NCBI GenBank assembly: GCA_964016885.1
Contig: OZ024744.1
Coordinates: forward strand, 115,010,001-115,074,000
Source: Eledone cirrhosa
Lineage: Eukaryota
Direction of reading: 5' to 3'
Length of the DNA stretch: 64,000 bases
Below are positions 36,331 to 47,600 of the stretch, piece after piece. The notes beneath the pieces were generated by a model. The model did not search any database, had not been told where the DNA came from, and saw only the letters and a program-made list of their open reading frames with translations. Position 1 is the first letter of the stretch. Every line of letters begins with the position of its first letter. The position numbers and the translations under genes are program-made.

Positions 36331-37486
36331 AGATGACATACCCTGACATAGTAGATGGTTAAGATTCAGTCATGGTAGTGATTAACATATGACAAAACTC
36401 AATATTTATACCCTAATATTGAGAACATGAGAAAAATATATAATACAAACAATAGAGAAGGTGCGTGTAATACAGCTTAAAAAATACATGGCATCAATAT
36501 AACAGATAAAATTTTTTTTAAAAAACTACTGAAGAAAGAGGAAAGAAAGGAAAGCATAGAGGAAGAAACAGCTGATGTGATAATATATTTAGTAGGTGGC
36601 TCGAAAAACAAATGAAAGATGATTAAAGAGAGAGAGAGAGAGAGAGACAAAGGGGAGTAATTTATGTTCAAGTTTATAGACAATTAACCATATATGCAAT
36701 ATATATCCAAATTTATTTAGTTGGGTGTTAATATTCAAAATATTTAATTTAAGTTATTTCAGAGTAATGAGTAATATTTTAGGTTTTAAAAGTTAATAGG
36801 TATTTGTATTAATATTATAATTATACTATCAAGTTTAATTTCTAAAATTCTAATTTTATGAAAACAAATTTAAAAGATTTACGAAACACGAGAAAGAAAA
36901 TGTATAATGCTTTTATACCCTCACGAAGGTAATCTTTACCAAAATTATTTATAATATTGACAACAGTTTATATAATATAATTTATAAAATAATTATAGTT
37001 ATAATTATTAAAGAATTTATGATTAAATAGTTTGAGTGCCTAAAGGATCAACTGGCCTTATAACTAAACTTAAAGAAGTCTGAATTTTTAATTATATATA
37101 TGTATTAATCAAAAAATACAAGGATTATATTGTCTAAAGACTTAAGGTGATACCTTTAAAATATATATAATATAATACAATAATACAACATAGTAAATAA
37201 GTTACTGAAAATATTGTTAAAAAAATATATATAGTTAAAATATATTGTTAAAAAATATTGTTAAAAAGTTAACTTGTAAATTTACCGATTATAATTGAAC
37301 TGTATATCATTCATGCGTTTGCATATTTTACTCATTTTGAGTATGTTTTGGGGACTCAGAAAGTTAGATTTGCATTTATTTATTTTTTATATATATCTAG
37401 GTATAAATATAACAAACCATAGTAGTCGACAAATGTTGGTCTCTCTCTCCACTGAACTGGAGGTAAAACTACAATTATAACATTAC

Positions 37487-37789
37487 TAATAATTGTTTCT
37501 ACTTTGGGCACAAGGCCAGCAATTACCTAGTGCATTACTGGTACTTTATTTTATCGACCCCCCTATGGATGAAAGGCAAAGTTAACCTCGGCAAAGTTAA
37601 CTACGAGTATGTTATTACTCGTAGGGTCGGACGCCATGCTTTGATGCATAGAGTTACGGCCCTTTCCATTCTGAGTTCAAATCCCGCCGAGGTTAACTTT
37701 GCCTTTCATCCTTACGGGGTCGATAAAATAAAGTACCAGTAATGCACTGGGTAATTGCTGGCCTTGTGCCAAAAGTAGAAACAATTATT
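37487..37789. mobile_element. SINE family A fold-back: inverted 3' half (-) joined to a near-full copy (+)
   Basis: 37487-37592 is the reverse complement of ~37685-37789; junction hairpin ctacgagta-tgttat-tactcgtag. Confidence 0.85.
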
Positions 37790-38565
37790 ATGTGTCCAAA
37801 ATGATTCTGGTGTACTTAGTGTCACTGATGCTCAGAAAAAGGAGGCCTGGAAATGTCATTATAAGGGACTGATGAATATTGAGAATGAATGGGAGAGAGA
37901 AACTATCCCCAGTAGATCCGACAGAGGGACCAGCTATTGAGATTGACGAATATAGGCTCCTAGAGGCAATTAAGGAAATGAAAAATGGTAAAGCTGCTGG
38001 ACCGTCGGGGATAGTTGCTGAGAGGCTGAAGGCCTCAAGAGAAGTAGACACCAAACTGGTTGCACACATCATCAGGCTATATATGGCGGTGTCATACCCA
38101 AAGACTGGTGCAGCAGTATTCTCATAAATTGCTACAAAGGTAAAGGGGATGCTTTGGAGAGGAGGAATTATAGGGGTATAAAACTGATAGATCAGGTTAT
38201 GAAAGAGCAGAGAGAATATTAGAGCAACTAATTAGATAAAGGGTCAAACTAGATGAGATGCAGTTTGGTTTTGTGCATTGGAAAAGTACAACAGATGCCC
38301 ACTTCTTAGTGAGACAACTACAAGAACAAGCCACTATACTTAGCTTTTGTTGACCTAGAGAAGGCCTTTGATAGAGTACCCAGATCTGTCATCTGGTGGT
38401 CTCTAAGGAAACTAGGTGAAGAGGAATGGCTTGTGAGGACAGTGTAAACTATGTACAGGCGTGCTGTCAGTAAAGTGAGAGTAGGAATGGAGTTTAGTGA
38501 GGAATTCCAGATACAAGTAGGAGTGCATCAAGGTTCGGTTCTCAGCCCGCTCTTGTTCATTATAG
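37790..38565 (+). mobile_element. RTE RT internal fragment
   Basis: KAAGPSGIVAE, NYRGIKL, DLEKAFDRVP, GVHQGSVLSP with stops and frameshifts. Confidence 0.88.
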
Positions 38566-38669
38566 TGTCTTGCTCAAGGAAACAACACATCACCCGGTCT
38601 GAGAATTGAACTCACAACCTTTCGATTGCAAGGCCAATGCTCTAACCATTAAGCCATGTGCCTCCAAAT

Positions 38670-40838
38670 GTGCAAAAACAAATTAAAAAATTCAAACAAA
38701 AATTCCCCAAAAAGGGGGAAGCCTCTGAGGGTCACTCGTGGCGAAAACCACACAAAAGACCACGGCCACCCTGACCACCAGGGCAAGCGCCCTCTCTCAG
38801 TTTTCCACTGCTCAGTCTACAGGCACATACTCAGAGTGGGCCCGTTCACTCGGACCAGACTTGCCACTTTCACCCACCTTTCAACAAACTTACTAGAAGA
38901 CAACACTTGCCTCTCCACCCTGATTTTCCTCTTCAAGTGAAACTTTGAAAAAGTTAATCAGGGATTGGCCGGAGAGGAAAGTGTCTGTCTTCAACCCTTT
39001 CAACCTTGTCCACCATACAATCTCTTTCACCAAGGCCACCAGAGAAGATGAAAACTGCCTGCCCTTCCTCCTCTTTAAAGGAGGATGGCGGGGCTATCTG
39101 CACAATGGACTCAGTTGATAACCAGATCAGCGAACAGCTGATCATCTTCGACGCCCATGGTTTCTCCGAGGACGTCGTCGCTCTTCCCCTCCACTAGTTC
39201 TCTATAGAACACCGAGGTGGGTGTTCCACCGATACTAGTGCCCAGCTGGTAGAGGGCGGTGAGCACTTGGAGATATTCCAGCTTCCAAGCGCTATCCCCT
39301 GGTCTTTTCCTGATCCAGGACTGCAGCTCCGTCAAGGAGACGAGCTGGGGAAAAACACGTCTGGCAAACGGCGACCACACCTGTTCACCGTCAAGGCTGC
39401 ACCAGAGATGTCATAGCCTCAGTGCATGTTTGTGCATCATGAGCCATGGCATGCCCAGTCCTCCATGCAACGGGTGCTGACAGTAGATGGATCATCTGAC
39501 CATGGGAGCATGTCCCTTCCACAAAAAGCAGAAGAGGAGGAACTCTATTTTGGTCAGAGTTGGGTGGGGGCAAGGTACAACGGTCAGTCGGTAGCAGATT
39601 ACGGACATGATGAACGCATTCGCCACCTCTGCTTGACCTTTCAGAGACAGCCTCCTCTCAGCCCATTTCTGGGTGAGAGAGATCACCCTGCTCATCACCC
39701 CGCTCCAGCTTTTCTCCATCTGGAGGTCCGGACCGAACCAGACCCTGAGCAATTTAACCGGTCCTTCCGTTCAGCACCCCACGACGCTGTCAGACGGCAT
39801 GGACCTGCCTATCCAGGTGCCAAGTTGCAAACCCACCACTTTTCTTGGTTTATCTTTGCTCCTGTCACCGCTTCGTATTCCTTGAGAGCGGTGCCGAGCA
39901 TCTGGACATGTCTGGTGCTCAACACCACCATGGTGACGTCGTCAGCGTAAGCCGACACAGATCTTCCTCATCCCAGTTTGCGTGGGATGCCTCTCGTCGT
40001 CTCCAATTTGTACCGTGATGAGAGGGGACAATTCTGGCAGACCGAGTGCATGATGCTGAATGGCTGTGACAGGTGACCATTCACCCTCACAATCGAGCTG
40101 TGCATCGGAGCGATCCAACCCCTGAAAGTGGGCCCGAGACCAGGACGCCTTGAGGACCACCACCAGGTAAGGATGGTCGACCCTATCAAATGCTTTAGAT
40201 TGATCCAAGTTTATCAGGGCCCCACCCATGCCAGGTTCCTTAACCACCTTCTCTATGATGTATTGCATGAGGTGGAGGTTGTCATGGATGGATCTGTTCA
40301 GAATGGCGCATGTCTGCGCCTCTCCCACCAGATCACCGACGATAAACGGCAATCTCTTTGCCAAAATCTTGAAATCTGCGTTTAACAGAGTTATGGGCCT
40401 GAAGTTGTCTATAACTTCCCCCTTGTTTGGGTCTTTTCTTAACAGCGTCACCGTTCCTTGGCTTACAAAACTGGGAATGCTCCCGTTCTGCTGCCAGTTG
40501 CTGTAGACGTCTGCCAAGGGGTCGCCGAACAAGTCTGGCATGTACGCATAAAACTCGTGGGCAGACCATCCAAACCTGGGGATTTACCCCTCATGCAGTC
40601 AGACATCGCTTCCTGTATTTCACCTGCTGTTATCAGCTTTTCACATTACTGCGCTGCGGCTGTCGAGAGCTGCGGCAGTCCCTCGAGGTATGCACTGAAG
40701 TTCATACACCGATCTGGCCTGCCACCACTCCCAAACAGTTGAGCAAAGTGCTGCTGAAAAGCCTCACACATCTGCTCAGGTTCGAGTAACATGTGACCGT
40801 TTGGTCAGGCAAAGACTAAATTGTGGCTTTGTTGCCAC
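38670..40838 (-). mobile_element. 5'-truncated L1/Tx1-clade LINE with internal deletion near 39112
   Basis: NFRPITLLNADFKIL, LDQSKAFDRVDH, YADD at ~39945, shared C-terminus and 3'UTR. Confidence 0.88.
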
Positions 40839-40839
40839 C

Positions 40840-43800
40840 AAAATTGCACCCCCACACACAAAAAAATTACATAACATTAAAAAAAATATTCCCCACATCA
40901 ATTGGAGACTACCGAGGGAACATCACCAAAAGAATATACATGGATATTCTCGTGGAGAAACCCACCAATGGTCGGAGGGATGGATCACCCACTCCCTTCC
41001 TAAAATAGAGCCACAGGTAATTTTTGTACCTCTCCCCTCTCACTTGTTTTCCTCCTATCCTAGCCAACATGGCTTCTAACAGAATAGGTAGCATAAATGC
41101 ACGCGGCCTGGGATCGTCTTGGAAGCAGGGCCACCTGCTGAATGATCTCAGGTTGCTAAAAATAGATGTGGTGGCCATCAGCGAGACCAAAATCTCCGAG
41201 GCACGGGCATTTGCACCCATTTTCGGCGACTACGAGGTGGATACGTCTCCAAACCGTCCCGGATGGGGGGGGGGGAAGTAACTGTGTTGTTCCGGAGAAG
41301 TCTGGATCTCGAGATACGGGCCGTTTTCTTGGACTCGGAGGGTAAGTTGGTGGTACTGGACGTGACCAGCGGAGAAGGGTAAGCTTTCAGGCTAGTGGCC
41401 ACCTATGCCCTAACAGGAGCAGGACGGCCTGAATTCTTCCGGCGTCTGCAGACCTTTCTTGGAACGTCCCGCTTTCTAGTGTTAGTGGGCGACTGGAACG
41501 GGATCTTAGATGCACGCTGGGATTGTGTGGGATTAGCGGATAGGGGAGGAGGGTGTAAAATCCTCACAAACCTACTCAGGCGTTTTCAACTGTCGGACAG
41601 GTACTGATTCGATTTCCCGAATGTGCCAATGTGGACTTGGACAAACCATATCGGGTCATCCAGATCATATCTAGATAGAGTATTTTGTAGGGAAATAGAT
41701 AGGTCTAGCATAGGCTGTCCACAATTCAAGATACTCAGCTACACGGACCACAAATTCATGATTTGTGTGGTTGACTTAAATAGGCTCCCAGCAACTGGAA
41801 ACTAAACGCATTGTTAACAGCGCGCAAAGCTTACAGAGACCAGATTAGTAAATTAGTTAAGCAGGCGTTGACAGGGGCCATCGTCAACAACAAATGGTGG
41901 TTTGCCCTGAAAATAGCGATTAGAATAGAATCCATTAGGTTTAGTAAAGCGCTAGTAACAGAGAAAAATAGAGCAGAAGGAAATCTAGTTAAGAAATTAG
42001 ACGAGGCGCTTAGTAAAGGCATCGCAACCGACGTGCTTGCGACGAAATTGGCTCTCGACCAAATTTTCAACGCTAAGCACGAAGGCTGCATTGTCAGAGT
42101 TAGGGTGCATGCTCTCAGACATGAGGGGACAAAAGCCGTTCAATGGACCCGGGTGGCGGAGGCGCGTCGTGGAAACAAAGCCACGATCCGGTCTTTGGCG
42201 AACCACGACAGGCACATGATACTCGATCCTGGGCAGATGTGTGCAGCTTTTCAGCGGCACTTTGCTCAGCTGTTTGGGGGCAATGGCGAGCCGCATCGCG
42301 GAATGGACTTCAGTGCCTACCTCGACGGACTGCCGCGGCTCTCGGCCAGAGGCGGAGTGTTGCGAAAAGCCGATTACAGCTGCTGAAGTACGGGAGGCAA
42401 TGAGTAGCTGCACAATGGGTAAATCGCCTGGTTTGGATGGTCTACCTTACAAATTTTACATACATATGCCAGACTTGTTCGAAGACCTCTTGACAGATGT
42501 CTACTGCAACTGGCAGCAGAAGGGGAGAATTCCCAGCTCTGTGAGCGCTGCTGAGAAAGGATCCGAGCAAGGGGGATAACATAGAAAATTTCAGGCCCAT
42601 AACACTGCTAAACACAGACTTCAAGATTTTGGCTAAGGTGCTAGCAAAGAGGTTGGCGCTTTTCGTTGGTGGTCTGGTGGGAGAGGCATAAACATGCGCC
42701 ATTCCAGACAGATCCATCCACAACAACCTCCATCTCATGTGATACATCATAGAGAGGGTAGCTAGGGAACCTGGCATGGGTGGGTCTTTGATCAATTTAG
42801 ATCAGTCAAAAGCTTTCGATAGGGTCGACCATCGTTATCTGGCAGCAGTCCTGAGGGTGGCTGGCTTTGGGCCCATCTTCAGAGGCTGGATTGCTGCCAT
42901 GCACAGCGACATCTGCTCTGTGGTGAGAGTGAACGGTCACCTTTCGGAACTATTCAACATCATGCGTTCGATCCGCCATAGATGTCCTCTCTCGTCCTTG
43001 TTGTACGTTTTGACTCTTGAGCCATTACTGCATAAACTGGAGACGTTGAGGGGCATCCCACGTGAACTAGGATGCAGGAGAACAGTGTCAGCTTATGCAG
43101 ATGATATCACCATAGTGGTGTCGAACACCAAACACATCGAGGCAATCGGCACCACACGAAGAGAATATGAGGTAGTGACAGAAGCAATGATCAACCAGGA
43201 AAAATCAGTAGGCCTGCAACTCGGCACCTGGAGAGGCAGGTCCATGCCACCCAACAGCATCGTCAGGCTCTGGACAGACGGACCGGTTAAATTGCTAGGA
43301 GTCTGGTTCGGTCCGGACCTCCAGACGGACAAAAACTGGGTGGTGGTCACGAGCAAGGTGTTTTCTCTCATCCAGAAATGGACCGAGAGGAAAATAATCC
43401 TGAAAGGTCGAGCGGAGGTGGCGAATGCATACATCATGTCCGTCATCTGCTACCGCCTGACCGTCGTGCCTTGTCCTAAGCCTCGCCTGACTGCACTGGA
43501 GCATTTGCTCTTTCACTTTTTGTGGAAGGGATGTGCTCCGATGGTCAGGCGGTCCAACTGTTGTCAACACCTGTTACGCGGAGGGCTGTGAATGCCGTGG
43601 TTGATGATGCACTCAGGCTATGTCATCTCCACCTCTTCCTCGACAGTGATCAGGTGTGGTCACCCTTTGCTAGACACATGTTTCCCCAGCTTGTCTCCTT
43701 GGCGGAGCTGCAGTCCGAGAGGAAGCGCTTGGAGACTGGAATGTCTTCAGGCGCTTACAGCCCTTGACTAGTCGAGCAATACAATCGCTCGAAACTACAC

Positions 43801-44434
43801 CTTGGCTTTCTATAGAAGATTAGTGGAAGGAAAGAGCAACGATTTCCTTGGGGAAACTCTAGGCATCGACAAAAACCAACTAGCCAATCTCTTCGGGAGA
43901 ACTTTTGGGCCGGGGCCCATGGACAACTTCCAGAAATCTCTGGCCTGGCAATGCTACCGAGAGGCCTTGCCAGTTCGGGATAAACTCTACAGGCATGGAA
44001 GTGCCGTCAGCCGAGCCTGTCTGAGATGCACACAGGTTGATGAAACCATCCTGCACGCACTCGTCCAGTGTCCAAGCATTGCTGATTTGTGGGTTTATGC
44101 CGAACACCTGCTGTCACGTGTAGAACGGATCTGGCTATCAGCTGAGTCCATCGTGAAGATTTCCCCATCGCCTTCCTTTAGCCGAGAAGGGCAGGCAGTT
44201 TTTATCTGCCTGGTGGCCATGGTAAAAGAGATTGTATGGTGGACACGTCTGAAAGAGTGGAGGACCGGCACTTTCCTCTTCGGTGACGCCCTCATTAACT
44301 TTTTCAGGTTTCACCTAAAGAGGAAAATCAGGGTGGAGAGGGAAGTGCTGACCTCCAGCCAGTTTGTTGAAAGGTGGGTGAGAGAGGCAAGCATGGCCCA
44401 TGTGAATGGGTCTATCCTGAGCGTGTGTCTGTAG
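40840..44434 (+). mobile_element. L1/Tx1-clade LINE ORF2 (APE-RT-Zn), degenerate, ATG at 41069
   Basis: IGSINARGL, AISETK, VGDWN, SYLDR, YTDH (APE); KSPGLDG, SKAFDRVDH, AYADD (RT); CLRC...ETILHALVQC zinc motif. Confidence 0.92.
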
Positions 44435-44632
44435 CATTGTAGTTTTCCATACCTGTTAGTTTGCCTGCTATCCCACTACATCTCTTGTGTACCCAAGATC
44501 TGCATTGTGTATATTCTATAGAATTTATGCCAGTTCCTTTTCTACATAACAAACATGGCCATTTCCCTGATGGAATCAGAGTTTTGTCCTTTTTTCTACT
44601 TATCAACACTTTAGTCTTAGCTAGGTTCACTC
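44435..44632 (-). mobile_element. RTE fragment (Cys-rich insert region)
   Basis: VNLAKTKVL...GKWPCLLCRKG...WVHKRCSG. Confidence 0.8.
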
Positions 44633-44689
44633 TTCCCCTCTTCATTACAACTGCTGTTTCCATAGCCAGAATTAGCCAGATGTAGTCAT

Positions 44690-47600
44690 TGATGTTATTT
44701 AACTGGAAAGTGTGTTGAAATGAATATCAAGCCACTACCTGCAGCCTCAGACATTCAGGACATATCGGAGGGTTCTTGCTGTTCCCAGCAAGCATGCATT
44801 TTGAAGTGTTCCAAAAAACAGGGCTGGACTAATGTTCTTTAACCATCCTTGGAAACTCTTTGTACCTAGTGTTCCTATGACAACTGGGATGACCTTGATC
44901 TCATGACTGTCCCAAATCCTTTTTAACTCCCACTTTAAATCCTGGTACGGTTAATTTTCTCCTCCTTTTCTTGCACTCTCATGTCAAATGGGCAGGCTAC
45001 ATCTACAATCAGGCACAATCTTTTTTTCTTGTCCAAAACCACCAGGTCAGGCCTATTGTGTTCTAATTTCTTGACCATCTGTATCCTGAAATCCCATAGC
45101 ACCTTCACTTGATTGTTTTCTATCACCGACTCTGGCTCATACCACTTCTCAGAATGTGGTAAATTATTCAGTTTGCATAGGTGCCAGTGGATCACCTTTC
45201 CTATCATATAATGTCTCCAGGCTTTATGGTGAGTCTGGGCTAGGTGTTTACACTCGGATACAATGTGAGCCACAGTCTTCTCTCTCTCTCCACAGATCCT
45301 ACACAGTGAGCTAGCCTCCTCCTTGTCAATATGGCGTTTCACCCACGTCGTTCTGAGGGTTTGCTCTTGTGCAGCCATTAGCATCCCTTCTGAAGCTTTT
45401 TAACAAATTCCACGTCTGTGGATCTCTGAATTCTGTTTTATTAAAGAAGGTGCTATGAAGGGATTTTTCATGAAGATTGCTCTTCCTGTTTGTTGTTATT
45501 TCCTCCTTGGACATCCCCTGGTTTATTATCTTCTCCTTCAGTACAACTTTGAGCATTGGCTCCCTACTGTCAGATATATATTTGTGCAGACTGTTTTTCT
45601 CCATCCGAACACAGTCCTCTATGTTGATAAGACCTCTTCCACCTTCAGATCTCTTTAAGTAGAGTCTATTGACATCACTCCTCTTGTGGAACATGTTGTA
45701 GATAGTCATTAGCTTCCTAGTCTTCCTATCCATTTCTTTTTGTTCAGTAACATTCCATTTCAGAATTCCTGCACTGTACGTAATAATAGACACAGCTCGG
45801 GAATTTACTGCACTTATGGCATTCCTACTGTTCAGATGTGACTTTAATACGCTCCTTACTCTCCGAATGTATTCAGATCTTATCAATTCTTTCATTTTAT
45901 TGTTCTTGATGTCATCTGCCCCAGAACACCCAAATATTTGTATCTCTCTTCAGTGTCAATTTCTTTTATCATCTCACCTGTTGGTACCTGGATTCCATTG
46001 CTTCTGTTCAATTTTCCCCTCTTCATCACTAGGACTCCACAATTATTAACACCAAATTCCATATGTATATCATTGCTGAAAATACGGACAGTGTCAACAA
46101 GTACATCCAACTCCTTCTCACTTTTCCCAAAGAGTTTAAGATCGTCCATGAAGAGGAGGTGGTTGATGGTAAGCTCTCCTCTTCCCAGCTTGTATTCTGC
46201 TCTCACTTTTCACAATATGAGGGACAAGGGTATGAGGGTAAGGACAAACAACAAAGGGGACAAACTATCTCCCTGGAAGATACCTCTTTTGATCTTCACT
46301 CTTCCCAAGGATTCTCCACCTGATATTAACTCTGTTTCCCAGGACTTCATACTTTTACTTAATAGCTGTCTAATGTTATCTGCCACCTTGAAGATCTCTA
46401 GGCTTTTGTTATCCAAGAATGAGGTAACATGTCGAATGCCTTTTTGTAATCTATCCATCCCATGGTTAGACCAGTACGCCTCTCCTTGCAATTCCTCATT
46501 ACCATCTTATCAATAAATAACTGGTCTTTTGTACCACAGGACTTCTTTTGGTATCCTTCCTGTTCATCTGGTAACAAGTTGTTTATGTGGAGGTGATGGT
46601 AGATTTCCTCAGACACAATGCTTGTTAACAATTTCCACATTACAGACAGAGATGTGATAGGCCTATAGTTGGTAACATCATTACCCTTGATTCAGTCTTT
46701 CATTACCAGAACTGTGGTACCTTTTGTCAACCACTCTGGTACCTCACCTGACATCAAGCAGTCATTGAATATGGCTGTCAGTTTTGGGTGGAGGGATGTT
46801 ATATTTTTTATCCAATACCCCTGCACATCATCTGGGCCTGGTGATTTCCAGTTGGTTAGTTTTTTGGCCTGCCCTTTAAGAGTTTCAACTGTGATACTCA
46901 AATCAGGTTGTTGGTGTGCCTGTTCACTAATCTCCTTTTGTACTGTCTCAGTCCACACTGCCTGATCATTATGTTTAACATCCTGCTCCCATATTCCTCT
47001 CCAGAATGTCTTAGTCTGTTTAGCTTCAGGGATCATGTCGTTACCTCTTTCTTTCCCTTCAAACGATCAAACATCTTCTGGCTGTTGTCAAACATGCAGT
47101 TCTGTCTATACTGACAAACTCTTATAGCGAAGATACTGGGTTGCATGAATGTAACAAGGAATACATTGTTTGTGTAGATAATATTTAATTAACAATGGTA
47201 GACAGTATAGTTGACATGTCAAAGAAATAGATGAAAGAATGAAACAAAGTTAGTCGTTACCGTTTTGATTGCCAGGCAAACGCGGCTGGCAGAAGACGCC
47301 TGGCTAAGGCCAGGCGCCGGAAGGCAAATGAGAGGCTCTTGGCCTGGTGCCGAAAGGCCAATGAGAGGCAGAGAGATAAGAGCTATTCGTTTTATAGGGT
47401 CTGCCGGAAGCTACAGAAAGGGTTCTACTTCCCGTCTAGATGTTAATCCAAACAAGGGAGACAACCGCTACATAACCTCCCGCCAGAATTTTAGGATATA
47501 AAAATCGAATGAAAATATGTAGCAAGTTGGCGAGAATGTTGTAACAGGCATGAAAATTACGACAAAAGAATGTTTGCAAAAATCAATGATAGATATCAAG

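Noticed and set aside
36700-37290. Very AT-rich stretch as a possible NUMT or Helitron remnant
   Set aside because: No recognisable mitochondrial gene, terminal motif or ORF by eye.
37869-37880. CTGATGA hammerhead core
   Set aside because: Lies in RTE coding sequence with no matching stems or GAAA-NUH arrangement.
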